This document shows positions 19,937 to 29,467 of a DNA stretch of 64,000 nucleotides, one piece after another. This DNA is from Actinomycetes bacterium (GTDB lineage: Bacteria > Actinomycetota > Actinomycetes > Prado026): assembly GCA_038210415.1 (NCBI GenBank), contig JBBQWS010000003.1:59577-123576 (forward strand), written 5' to 3'. Positions within the stretch are counted from its first letter, which is position 1; each line of letters begins with the position of its first letter. The notes under the pieces are model-generated. The model worked only from the letters and a program-made list of their open reading frames with translations. It was not told where the DNA came from and made no database searches. The translations under genes were made by a program, and so were the position numbers.

Positions 19937-20941
19937 TCATCCTGCCATCAAGCGGCGCCTGCTGCTCAGAAAGCCGAGCCCCCAGGACAGGTGCATGGCG
20001 GCGTAGACCACCGGCAGCACGAGTGCGGCGCGGGCCGGAAGTCCACGGGCCGTGACGAGCGAAGCGGCCAGCACGCCGAGCAGGTAGCCGGCCGGCACGA
20101 TCACCGCAGGCCACCAGAACGGGGCCACCACCAAACCGGAAACCACCCCCGCGAACGCGATCGGCGGGGCGAGGTAGCGCGGATTCGCCGTGCCCGGGTG
20201 CTGGCGGATCACCATCCGGCGCCAGCGCCCGTAGTCGAAGTACTGCCGGGCCAGCGCTCGCAACGTGGCCCGGGGCCGGTAGGCGACGCGCAGCCGCGGG
20301 GTGAAGTAGACCACCCCGCTGGTTCGGCGGATCCTCAGGTTCATCTCCCAGTCCTGCGCGCGAAGGTAGGCCTCGTCGTAGCCACCCACCCGGTCCAGCG
20401 CCGACCGCCGGAACGCCCCGAGGTAGACCGTGTCGACGGGTCCGGCCGCCCCGCCGGTGTGGAACGGGGCGTTGCCGACACCGAACCGGCTGGTCATCGC
20501 GCGCGCGACGGCCCGCTCGAAATCGGTGACCCCCTCTGCTGCCATCACGCCGCCGACGTTGTCCGCACCCGTGCTCTCGAGCACCTCGATCGCGGTGCGC
20601 ACGTAGTCGGCGGGGAACAGCGCGTGCCCGTCGACCCGGACGACGAACGCGTGCCGGGACGCGGCGATGGCCGCGTTCAGGGCGGCCGGCGTCGTGCCCG
20701 AAGGGTTCGGAACGGAGCGCACCCGGCCGAGGTTGTCCGCGACGAGCTCGGCCGCGATCTGCGCCGTGCGGTCCTTCGACGGGCCGATCGCCATGACGAG
20801 CTCGAGCTCGCCCGGGTAGTCCTGGGCCAGCACCTGCCGGACGGCGTCGCGCAGATGCCGCTCCTCGTTGAGGACGGGCATGACCACGGAAACCGCGGGC
20901 CAGGCGATGGCGGTCTGGTCGGGCTCGGGTGCGTCGGTCAT
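19937..20941 (-). CDS. Glycosyltransferase family 2 (ExoA-like)
   Basis: SVVMPVLNEE, RVDGH, GGYDEAYLRAQDWEMNLR; C-terminal TM segments. Confidence 0.88.
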   Translation of the reverse strand: MTDAPEPDQTAIAWPAVSVVMPVLNEERHLRDAVRQVLAQDYPGELELVMAIGPSKDRTAQIAAELVADNLGRVRSVPNPSGTTPAALNAAIAASRHAFVVRVDGHALFPADYVRTAIEVLESTGADNVGGVMAAEGVTDFERAVARAMTSRFGVGNAPFHTGGAAGPVDTVYLGAFRRSALDRVGGYDEAYLRAQDWEMNLRIRRTSGVVYFTPRLRVAYRPRATLRALARQYFDYGRWRRMVIRQHPGTANPRYLAPPIAFAGVVSGLVVAPFWWPAVIVPAGYLLGVLAASLVTARGLPARAALVLPVVYAAMHLSWGLGFLSSRRRLMAG

Positions 20942-21054
20942 GGCGGGGAGCACGGTACCGGGATCGGCGCGGGAACCAGAACCTCGGGTCGGTACGTCAT
21001 ACCCTCGACGAGCCTGTTCCCGACGGCTCGGTTGCCAAAGGATCCTCCACTGCG

Positions 21055-22578
21055 ATGAGCACCCCCCATCCCCCGTTGCCGCCCGAGCTGAGCCCGCGCG
21101 GGCCGAGCCGGGCGAAGCCGTCCGCCGCAACGGTGCGCGCACCGCGCGTGGCCGGTCGCTCCCGCGCGCGCCGCGTCGGCACCGTTGTGACCGCGGCGGC
21201 GTCGGCGTCGGTGCTGGCGTTCTCGCTGATCGGTTCCGCGGTCTGGGGTCGTTTCGACTCGAACATTGCCCGCATCGACGCGGGCACTGCGGCAAGCGAC
21301 CCGGCTGCCGCCCAGAACTACCTTCTGGTGGGCTCGGACAACCGCGAGAACCTCACCCCCGAGCAGATCCGGCGCCTGCACCTCGGGGCCGCCAGCTCGA
21401 GCAACGGGGCCGGGCAGCGGTCCGACACGATGATCCTGCTGCACACGTCGGCCAACGGCGACAAGGCGACGCTGATCTCGCTTCCGCGCGACTCGTACGT
21501 CACCATCCCGGCCTGGACCGACACCAAGGGCGTCAAGCACTCCGAGAGTCACGCCAAGCTCAACGCAGCGTACGAACGCGGTGGCCCGGCTCTGGCCGTC
21601 AAGACAGTCGAGCTCGCCACCGGTGTCACGATCAACCACTACGTCGAGATCGGTTTCGGTGGCTTCGTCCACATGGTCGACGCCCTCGGCGGCATCGACG
21701 TGTGCTCACCGCGGGCGGTGCACGACCCGAAGAGCGGCTTGACGCTCGTCAAGGGCAACAACTCCCTCGACGGCGGTGCTGCGCTTCGCTACGTGCGGGC
21801 GCGGTACATCGACGGCTCGGCCGACATCGGACGGATGCGCCGCCAGCAGCAGTTCCTCGGCGCCGTGTTCCGCAAGGCGCTCAGCACCGGCACCCTGCTG
21901 AACCCGTTGAAGCTCAACGACTTCCTCTCCGCGACAGCGTCCGCGATCACGACCGACAACCAGCTCACGCACGAGGACGTCATCAACCTGGTCACCCGCA
22001 CCAAGGGGCTGTCCCCGAGCAGCATCGTCTTCGCCACCGTGCCGATCGCCAACCTCGACTACCGGCCCAGCCCCGCACTCGGCTCGACCGTGCTGTGGGA
22101 CGCGACCGGCGCCCACGCGCTGTTCACTGCGATCGAGGGCGACCAGCCGATCGGGAGCCAGACCGCTGCAGGAGCGGGCGCCTCGGCCGGCGTCGTCGCT
22201 GTGGCACCCAACAGGATCAACGTGCGCGTCTACAACGGCAGCTCCGTCGTCGGTCTGGGCAGCAAGGCGGCGAACGAGCTGACGGCGCTGGGGTTCGTGA
22301 GCGCCGGTGCCGCCACGAACGCCACGGACAAGAGCACGACGGCGACCGTCATCCAGTACGACCCCGGTTTCGACCAGTCGCTCAAGACGCTGCAAGCGGT
22401 CTATCCCGACGCGCAGGCTGTGCCGGTCAAGGGCCAGGGCAAGGTGTTCAAGGTCATCGTCGGCACGTCGTACCAGACCGCCAAGGCTGTCAAGGTCGGC
22501 AGCGCCCCCTCGACCACGGCCACCGCGCCGGGCGGCGTCAGGACCTCGTCCGCCGCAGACGACGTCTGCAAGCTGTAG
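21055..22578 (+). CDS. LCP family glycopolymer transferase with LytR_C domain
   Basis: NYLLVGSDNR, RSDTMILLH, SLPRDSYV, DIGRMRRQQ; start approximate. Confidence 0.9.
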   Translation: MSTPHPPLPPELSPRGPSRAKPSAATVRAPRVAGRSRARRVGTVVTAAASASVLAFSLIGSAVWGRFDSNIARIDAGTAASDPAAAQNYLLVGSDNRENLTPEQIRRLHLGAASSSNGAGQRSDTMILLHTSANGDKATLISLPRDSYVTIPAWTDTKGVKHSESHAKLNAAYERGGPALAVKTVELATGVTINHYVEIGFGGFVHMVDALGGIDVCSPRAVHDPKSGLTLVKGNNSLDGGAALRYVRARYIDGSADIGRMRRQQQFLGAVFRKALSTGTLLNPLKLNDFLSATASAITTDNQLTHEDVINLVTRTKGLSPSSIVFATVPIANLDYRPSPALGSTVLWDATGAHALFTAIEGDQPIGSQTAAGAGASAGVVAVAPNRINVRVYNGSSVVGLGSKAANELTALGFVSAGAATNATDKSTTATVIQYDPGFDQSLKTLQAVYPDAQAVPVKGQGKVFKVIVGTSYQTAKAVKVGSAPSTTATAPGGVRTSSAADDVCKL

Positions 22579-22584
22579 GCCGCG

Positions 22585-24354
22585 TCAGCTGACCATCGTC
22601 AGGCTGCCGTCCCGGCCGATCTCGATCACGTGCACGACGGCTCCGACGGTGACGGTCACCTGGACGTGCCCGTTCGCTGCGGTCGCCGCCCCAGCCGAGA
22701 CCGGCGTGCCGGTCGCCGCAGGGACGATCACGCTGAACGTGCCCGTCGAGCGGCCGATCGTCGGCATGTAGACGATCGGGTTGGCGTACTTCGTGTTGAG
22801 CCGCGGCGACCAGATCCCGCTCTTGGTCAGCAGCGCGCCGGGGCCGAGCGGGGCGTTAGGCATCGCTACGCGGATGATGGTGGTCTGGGCCGCACCGTTC
22901 GTCGCGGTCGCCCGGCTGCGCCCGGCGATCACCACGCCCATACCGATCGGCAGGTGCCAGTTGACCAGGAACTGACGCGGGGCGTTGGTGCCGCCCATGT
23001 CGTACGAGGCGATGAAGTCGGGGCCCCTCGCGATGAGGACGTTGCGCACCCGGGTCACCGTGTCGTACGGCGCGTCGGACAACCGGTATGCGTCCCAGCC
23101 GGGGCTCTGGAACTGGCTGACCAGCGTGGTGGGCCGGGTCGAGTCGGCCCGGAGGCCGGTCACGGTCAGCACGTTGTGGGCCTCTGGCGACCAGAGCCAG
23201 GTGCGGTCGACGACATCGGTGTAGCCGATGTGGCCTGAGTCGAGGAGGACCTGGCGATGCTGGGAGTAGAAGGTGACCTGGGTGCGGTCGAAGTGGCCGT
23301 GCAACGCCTTCGGCGGTCCGAACCGCAACGTGTAGTAGGAGGCGTCGGCAAACGGCGACCACGAGGAACGACCGAAGACGTAGCCTGCGCTGTAGACGGC
23401 GACGTCGGTAGGCGGTGCCGTCCCCGAGGCACCCCTGGTGGCGACGTACGTGAAGCCGGTGCCCGGGTGGTCGAGCGGCGGGACCGCCTCGGTGTCGCCG
23501 ATCTGCGTGAGGTAGCCGTCCGGCCCGGTCGCGTGCGCGACGAACGTCGGCACCTTGGCCAGCCGGACGTCCAGCCCGGACGGCGGAGTCTTGCCGCAGG
23601 CTGCGATGCGGTCCAGCGCGATGAGCCATCGGTCATAGCTGTAGATCGCGTAACCCGGCGCCTGCTCGTTGGTCGCGCCCTGGCTGTCGAACACCTGCGC
23701 CGCCGCGTAGCCGAGCCGGTTGGACGCGAAGTCCGCGAGGGTCGGGAAGCCCATGACGCAGCCGATCGTCAGGATCCCGAGGTCCTGATCCAGACCCTGG
23801 TTCCAGACTCCGGCCCAATGTGACTCGAGGTAGGTCGCCGTGGCCGACCCGGCCGCCTTCAGCCAGGCCGGGTCGCCGTTCGCCTCCGCGAGGCAGGCGT
23901 ACAGCTGAGCCCGGTGGCCCATCGACAGCAGCTCGGTCGTCGGGTCGCTCGTGTGCCCCAGCGGGTTCTTGCTGACGTAGTCCGCGACCAGAGCGGTCGC
24001 GCGGTCCAGCGAGGTGCGGTTCCCGTGCCGTTGGTAGTCGTAGATCAGCGCACCGACCCACTTGAGCGAGTGGAACCAGACCCTCCACGACTGGTCGTGG
24101 TACGGGTCCGCCGCCCAGTTGACGCTGGTGCCGGTGGCGACGTGGTAAGCCGGGTGGCTGCCCGACACGAAGTTCCCGGCCATGACGACGGCGACGGTGT
24201 TCGCCGTCTGGAGCCCGTTGTAGCCGATGCACAGTGGCACAGCAGCGGCCTGAGCCGGCACGGTCGGAGTGATCGCGAACGCGCCGGCGCACGCCGCGGC
24301 CAGCGCAAGGCCGGCCAGGGCACGGCGCAAGCGATGTGGCGTACGCGACCTCAT
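22585..24354 (-). CDS. Secreted heparinase II/III-family protein (polysaccharide lyase-like)
   Basis: Signal peptide ending AQA; WFHSLKW, NQGLDQD, EQAPGYAIY, QIGD, HGHFD, LLDSG, EAHNVL pattern typical of Hepar_II_III proteins. Confidence 0.75.
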   Translation of the reverse strand: MRSRTPHRLRRALAGLALAAACAGAFAITPTVPAQAAAVPLCIGYNGLQTANTVAVVMAGNFVSGSHPAYHVATGTSVNWAADPYHDQSWRVWFHSLKWVGALIYDYQRHGNRTSLDRATALVADYVSKNPLGHTSDPTTELLSMGHRAQLYACLAEANGDPAWLKAAGSATATYLESHWAGVWNQGLDQDLGILTIGCVMGFPTLADFASNRLGYAAAQVFDSQGATNEQAPGYAIYSYDRWLIALDRIAACGKTPPSGLDVRLAKVPTFVAHATGPDGYLTQIGDTEAVPPLDHPGTGFTYVATRGASGTAPPTDVAVYSAGYVFGRSSWSPFADASYYTLRFGPPKALHGHFDRTQVTFYSQHRQVLLDSGHIGYTDVVDRTWLWSPEAHNVLTVTGLRADSTRPTTLVSQFQSPGWDAYRLSDAPYDTVTRVRNVLIARGPDFIASYDMGGTNAPRQFLVNWHLPIGMGVVIAGRSRATATNGAAQTTIIRVAMPNAPLGPGALLTKSGIWSPRLNTKYANPIVYMPTIGRSTGTFSVIVPAATGTPVSAGAATAANGHVQVTVTVGAVVHVIEIGRDGSLTMVS

Positions 24355-24392
24355 AGGACTTCCTTCGCAGCGGCGATGAGACTCATCCCTAC

Positions 24393-24420
24393 GTCGGCAT
24401 TCGACGGAACCGGACTTGAG
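24393..24420 (-). promoter_or_regulatory. Candidate sigma28 (FliA/WhiG)-like promoter
   Basis: CTCAAG-N16-GCCGAC upstream of the heparinase-like gene. Confidence 0.5.
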
Positions 24421-24524
24421 GCGGACAGGCTACCGATCCGACCGGCACGTCGGGCGCTGTGATAGACCTGACCGTCCGCCCGCTCGGCCGGGCCCGAAGA
24501 CCAACCTGCCCCGGGGATCCCGTC

Positions 24525-26387
24525 GTGAAACAGCTCGTCGACCGTTGGAACGTCGTGGCGGGCCAGCTCAGCCGTCGTCCAGCACTCGTGGCCATCGTCA
24601 CCTGGGGGCTGCTCACCACCGTCGGCGCGGTCGGCGTGCACGTGCTTCAGGTCAACCCGCTCACCTCACGGGGCGGGACGCTGCCGCTGGCGCTCGGAGG
24701 CGCCGGAGTTCTCGTCGCGGCGATCCTGCTGATGCGGAAGGGGTCCGACCTGGCCGCCGCTGTCGTCGCCGGCGGGTATGCGGCGTGGGTGGCCATCGTG
24801 CTCTTCGTCGCCTACTCGGGCACTCCGTTCGGCGACTCGGGGCTGCGAGGTGACACCAGCCGGCTGACCGCCATGATCACGCGCTACACCGTCACGTGGC
24901 AGCCGGTCGACGGACTCGTTCCCTCGGTCCCCACCGAATACCCACCGCTGTTCCCTTGGCTGATCGCGCGGTTCTCGCTCCTGGTCCACCGCCCGGGGTG
25001 GGCGTTGCTCGGCGACGCCGAGGCCCTCGCCATCTCGCTGGGCGTGCTCGGCTCGTTCCTGCTCTGGCGTCGGCTCGTGACCTCGTCCGTGGCCCTGCTG
25101 CTGTGCATCCTGCCGGTCTACGTCTTCGCGCAGCCACGCAAGTCGTACGAGATGTTCGTGCTGGCTCTATACGTCCCCTGGGCCCTCGGCACGTTCAGCC
25201 GCTTCGGTCGCAAGGGGCAGCTGCCCTGGCTGCCTGCTGGCATCGTGCTTGGGATCTTCCTGCAGGTCTACCAGGGCTATCTCGTCTTCTCCGCGCTCGG
25301 TGTCGCCGCCATAGCGTTCGCCGGCTACCGGGCGGCCGAGCCACGACGGGCGTACGTCCGGCACCTCGCGAAGACGCTCGGAACCGCCTTCGTCGTGTCC
25401 GCGTGGTACGTCGTGCCCTACCTGTATGCCGTCGTCTTCATCGGCGGCAAGCGGGTCAACGACTTCTACGTCGCGGGCGAGATCACCGGCGATCCGTTGG
25501 GCATCGCCATGTTCACCGGCGGAGAGTTCGGCCTCGCCAAGGTGTTCGGGCTGGTGGCCCTGATCGTCCTGCGCGACCGGCACTGGTGGGCCAAGCCGAT
25601 GCTCATGCTCATCGCGGGCACCTACACGTACCGGCTGGCCTACTTCGGCATCTTCGTCCTGAGCGGGCACACCGGGTACTTCGACTACACCTCGCGACTG
25701 CTCGGCACGCTGCTCCTGAGCTCGGCGGTGCTGGCAGCGTCGACGCTCGTGCCCGCCGCGGTCCGCCGGTGGGACGCCACGCGAGCACGCGCGGTGTTCA
25801 CGGCTGTGGCCGTGCTCGTCGTCGGCTTGGTCATGGTCGGCGACTGGGGGGTCTGGATCCCGCACCCGGTGGGTGCAGCGGACGTTGCCCCGCACCCGAT
25901 CGACAACACGCCCAACCTGGCGACGTACGCCCATGTGGAGCCGTTGCCCAGTGGCGCCCGACCGCGCTTCCACCCGAAGACGCTGACGATGGAGTCGCTC
26001 CCGTACACGGAGATCGCCGACCGGGTGGCCGCGGTCTACGGCGCCCACGCGCAGCCGCTCACCGTCTCCTACACCGAGAAGCTGTTCGCCTACGAACCCT
26101 GGACGGCGTACTCCTACGTCGACCGCAACGCGGCGAACACGTTCACCCACTGGGACGAGCGCGCGGCCGCGCTGGCCACGCTGGCGAAGGTCACCGACCC
26201 CGCGGCCTTCGCCGACGCCTCGCAGCACACGAAGTTCGGCGGCATCGACGTGTTCCTGCTGCGGATCGGGCCCAGCACGTGGAACTGGGGGACGGTCGGC
26301 TTCTCGCCCGCTGCCTTCGACCCCGCCCTCTTCGAGGTCACCAAGCTGAGCAGCCGCGTGGTGCTGGTGATCCGGCGGCAGGCCTGA
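24525..26387 (+). CDS. AftA-like GT-C membrane glycosyltransferase (arabinofuranosyltransferase family)
   Basis: Many TM segments; GDTSRLTAMITRY...EYPPLFPWL, PRKSYE; extracytoplasmic C-terminal domain with GGIDVFLLR; start uncertain (24459 or 24525). Confidence 0.72.
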   Translation: MKQLVDRWNVVAGQLSRRPALVAIVTWGLLTTVGAVGVHVLQVNPLTSRGGTLPLALGGAGVLVAAILLMRKGSDLAAAVVAGGYAAWVAIVLFVAYSGTPFGDSGLRGDTSRLTAMITRYTVTWQPVDGLVPSVPTEYPPLFPWLIARFSLLVHRPGWALLGDAEALAISLGVLGSFLLWRRLVTSSVALLLCILPVYVFAQPRKSYEMFVLALYVPWALGTFSRFGRKGQLPWLPAGIVLGIFLQVYQGYLVFSALGVAAIAFAGYRAAEPRRAYVRHLAKTLGTAFVVSAWYVVPYLYAVVFIGGKRVNDFYVAGEITGDPLGIAMFTGGEFGLAKVFGLVALIVLRDRHWWAKPMLMLIAGTYTYRLAYFGIFVLSGHTGYFDYTSRLLGTLLLSSAVLAASTLVPAAVRRWDATRARAVFTAVAVLVVGLVMVGDWGVWIPHPVGAADVAPHPIDNTPNLATYAHVEPLPSGARPRFHPKTLTMESLPYTEIADRVAAVYGAHAQPLTVSYTEKLFAYEPWTAYSYVDRNAANTFTHWDERAAALATLAKVTDPAAFADASQHTKFGGIDVFLLRIGPSTWNWGTVGFSPAAFDPALFEVTKLSSRVVLVIRRQA

Positions 26388-27563
26388 CTAGCTCTCGGTC
26401 TCGCCGATCCGGGTCAGGCTCAGGGTGAACGAGAGCATGACGATCTGCACCCCGAGGACGATCAGGACCATGCCGAGGATCGGCAGCCGCATCGTCTGGG
26501 CCGGGTCGAGCGCGCCGAAGGACGCCTGCGTCCAACCCAGCAGCGCGCCGACGAAGCAGCCGAGCCCGGCCAGGGTCATGAGCACGCCGATCAGGGTGCC
26601 CCAGCCGAGCGTGAACCGGTCGACGGTCCGCTCCACCGTGGAGCTGAGAGGGAGCAGGCCCAGGGCAGCCGCGTAGGCCCGTGAGACCACCGCCAGCGCA
26701 CCCATCTGGACCCCGACGATCGCGAGCGTCGCGCAGGCCAGCATGGTGTGGATGCCGAACGCGACGCGCCCGATCTGGATCCCTCGGAACGACACCAGGC
26801 CGAGGCCGAGCAGGCCCACGGTGGTGAAGACGATGGCCGGGTACCAGAGCAGCCAGCGCGGGCTGAAGGCGAGCAGGAACCGCAAGTGCCGCCAGCCGTC
26901 GCGCCAGGTCCGAAGGTGCGGGGACCGGGTGCGGCCGTCCGGGCGCAGTGTGGTCGGCACCTCGGTGATGCGGAGCCCGGCCAAGGCCGATCGCACCACC
27001 ATCTCGCTCGCGAACTCCATCCCCGACGTGCGCAGTCCGAGGCCGAGGATCTTGTCGCGCCGGAACCCGCGCATGCCGCAGTGGAAGTCGCCGGTCTTGA
27101 TCTTGAAGAAGAGCCGGCCGAGGAACGACAGCACGGGGTTGCCGAGGTAGCGGTGCAGGGGCGGCATGGCGCCCGGGGCGATGCCGCCCTGGAACCGGTT
27201 GCCCATCACCAGGTCGGCGCCGGCGCGCAAGGCGGTCAGGAACGGGCCGAGGTCGTCGAGGGCATAGCTGTCGTCGGCATCGCCCATGATCACGTAACGG
27301 CCCTGCGCCGCCTGGATGCCGTGGCGGAGCGCCGCGCCATAGCCCCGCGCCGGGACGTCGACGACCCGAGCACCCGCTGCGCGGGCGAGATCCTGCGACC
27401 CGTCGGTCGAGCCGTTGTCGGCGACCACGACCTCACCCACGACGCCGAGCTCGGCGATGCTGGCCAGGGCCTTGCGGATGCACACCTCGACGGTCTCGGA
27501 CTCGTTCAGGCACGGGAGGACGACAGTCAGCTCTACAGCCGGAGCTTCGGGCGGTGCCGTCAC
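26388..27563 (-). CDS. GT2 polyprenyl-phosphate glycosyltransferase (DPM-synthase-like) with C-terminal TM segments
   Basis: TVVLPCLNE, DNGSTDGS, GDADDSY, DFHCGMRGF, RTWRDGWRHLRF; GTGA overlap with the methyltransferase. Confidence 0.88.
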   Translation of the reverse strand: MTAPPEAPAVELTVVLPCLNESETVEVCIRKALASIAELGVVGEVVVADNGSTDGSQDLARAAGARVVDVPARGYGAALRHGIQAAQGRYVIMGDADDSYALDDLGPFLTALRAGADLVMGNRFQGGIAPGAMPPLHRYLGNPVLSFLGRLFFKIKTGDFHCGMRGFRRDKILGLGLRTSGMEFASEMVVRSALAGLRITEVPTTLRPDGRTRSPHLRTWRDGWRHLRFLLAFSPRWLLWYPAIVFTTVGLLGLGLVSFRGIQIGRVAFGIHTMLACATLAIVGVQMGALAVVSRAYAAALGLLPLSSTVERTVDRFTLGWGTLIGVLMTLAGLGCFVGALLGWTQASFGALDPAQTMRLPILGMVLIVLGVQIVMLSFTLSLTRIGETES

Positions 27564-28309
27564 CGCGGAACCCGTCCGACCGCGAAGACCGACTGGCCGA
27601 ACGGCGGACGCACGCGGCGCTCGACAGCGCGCGCCGAAGGGATCACCACCTTGTCCCACACCCTGAGCAACGCGCCCTCACCGGGGGTCATCTTCAGCAG
27701 CCGCATCCCGACGTACCAGGCGGGAAGGCCTGGTGCGTTGACGTAGCGCACCGACTCGACCCGCAGGCCCGCCTCCTGGAAGGTCGCGGCGAGCGTGGCC
27801 TTGGTGTAGCGACGGACGTGGCCGACCTTGCGGTCGAAGTCGCTCATCGCTGCCTCGAACGCGGGCACGAACATGATCACGGCGCCACCCGGCACGACCA
27901 ACCGGTGGGCGGACGCGAGCGCGGCGACGTGGTCAGGAATGTGCTCGAGCACGTTGAACGCGACGAAGCTGCTGTACTCGCCCTCCGGCGGATCGAGCAC
28001 GTCGAGCTGGGTGATCGTGACCCGCGGGTCGGCCCCGAAGCGGTCGCGCAGAACCCCCAGCCGCGAGGGGTCGAGGTCGGTCAGGGTGATCGAGGGCACG
28101 CCCGACGCCAGCCAACGCGCGGCGTAGTCGCCGAGGCCGCTGCCGAGCTCGACCGGCCGGTCACCGAGGAAGGGCCTGGCCAGATCGGTGAGCCACGCGT
28201 GGTAGTTCACTGCCGACGCGATCGACTCGAGGGTCTGCGACTGCAGGGCCGAGTCACCGAGGACAGCCGGAGCGGTCGCGTCGGGGTCTTCAGGGGGCGG
28301 CTGGCTCAC
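27560..28309 (-). CDS. Class I SAM-dependent methyltransferase
   Basis: VELGSGLG, NVLEHIPD, GHVRRY; TAAGGT 7 nt before GTG 28309 suggests a leaderless start. Confidence 0.85.
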   Translation of the reverse strand: MSQPPPEDPDATAPAVLGDSALQSQTLESIASAVNYHAWLTDLARPFLGDRPVELGSGLGDYAARWLASGVPSITLTDLDPSRLGVLRDRFGADPRVTITQLDVLDPPEGEYSSFVAFNVLEHIPDHVAALASAHRLVVPGGAVIMFVPAFEAAMSDFDRKVGHVRRYTKATLAATFQEAGLRVESVRYVNAPGLPAWYVGMRLLKMTPGEGALLRVWDKVVIPSARAVERRVRPPFGQSVFAVGRVPR

Positions 28310-28351
28310 ACTGACGACCTTACCCACCGAAAGCGCGCGGCTCGGTCTCGC

Positions 28352-29467
28352 CTACACGTACGCACAGGCCGGGTCCTCGGCCAGCGCATCGCCCGTGGCC
28401 GCATACGCCCGGGCGCGGGACCCGCCGCACAGGTCGGCGTACTCGCAGCTGCCGCAGCGCCCAGAGAAGTCGGCCGCCCGGATCCGCCTGAGCAGCTCGT
28501 CGTCTCGGTAGATCTCGTGCAGGGGCCGGTCGCGCAGGTTGCCGAGGCCGATCGGGAGGAACCCCGCCGGGTAGACCTCGCCGTCGTGCGCAACGAAGAG
28601 GATCCCTTTGCCGTCCCGGGTGGCGGCGGTGTGGGCGGTCGAGCGTCGCGTCGCAGGGCCGAGCAGAGCGGTGAGCCGGTCGGCCAGCCCGGTGTAGACC
28701 GCGGTGCCCGGCGCCGCGCCGCCTTCCCTTCGCTGGCGCACGACCCGGCGGAAGAACGGGGCCTCGACGGTGCGCAGTGTGAAGCCGTACTGCGCCGCGT
28801 CGTAGAGGAAGTGACAGACGTCCTCGTGCTCGTCGGGGGTGATCGCGCCACTGACGACCCCGCGTCCGACGTGGACCAGGAAGAACACCTCCCAGATGTC
28901 CGCACCGGTGTCATGCACGAGGGCCGCGATGTCAGCGAGCTCGTGCAGGTTCTCGCGCATGACCGTGGTGTTGACCTGAACGGTCAGGCCGGCGGCGACC
29001 AGGGAGCGGATCGCGGCGACGGTGTCGTCGAAATGGTGCTCGATGGCGCGCACACCCTCGTGGGTTGCGGCGGTGGCCCCGTCGAGGCTGATCGAGACGG
29101 CCTTGACCCCGCTGCCCGCGATGCGCGCCACCATCTCGGGGGTGAGCGCCGGGGTCACGGACGGTGACAGGGCGACGGGCACCCCGAGCGCGGTAGCCCG
29201 GTCGACCAGGTCGAACAGGTCTTCGCGGAGCAGGCAGTCGCCGCCGGTCAGCACCAGGATCGGGTACGGGCGGCCGAACCCGGCGACCTGGTCGATCAGG
29301 TCGAAACCCTCGGCGGCCGTGAGCTCGCCGGGCAGCCCGTGGGTCAGCGCCGACGCGCGGCAGTGCCGGCACGCGACCTGGCAGGCCCGCGTGGTCTCCC
29401 AGAAGACCAGCATCGGCCGCTGGCCGTAGTCGATCTTCGCGCCCGCGTGCCCGGTGACCGTCGTCAT
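28352..29467 (-). CDS. Radical SAM/SPASM protein, AhbD/NirJ-like (heme-biosynthesis-associated)
   Basis: WETTRACQVACRHCRA (CxxxCxxC), LTGGD, SISLDGA; C-terminal CGSCEYADLCGGSRARAYA...DPAC; ATGA-coupled to hemY. Confidence 0.85.
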   Translation of the reverse strand: MTTVTGHAGAKIDYGQRPMLVFWETTRACQVACRHCRASALTHGLPGELTAAEGFDLIDQVAGFGRPYPILVLTGGDCLLREDLFDLVDRATALGVPVALSPSVTPALTPEMVARIAGSGVKAVSISLDGATAATHEGVRAIEHHFDDTVAAIRSLVAAGLTVQVNTTVMRENLHELADIAALVHDTGADIWEVFFLVHVGRGVVSGAITPDEHEDVCHFLYDAAQYGFTLRTVEAPFFRRVVRQRREGGAAPGTAVYTGLADRLTALLGPATRRSTAHTAATRDGKGILFVAHDGEVYPAGFLPIGLGNLRDRPLHEIYRDDELLRRIRAADFSGRCGSCEYADLCGGSRARAYAATGDALAEDPACAYV

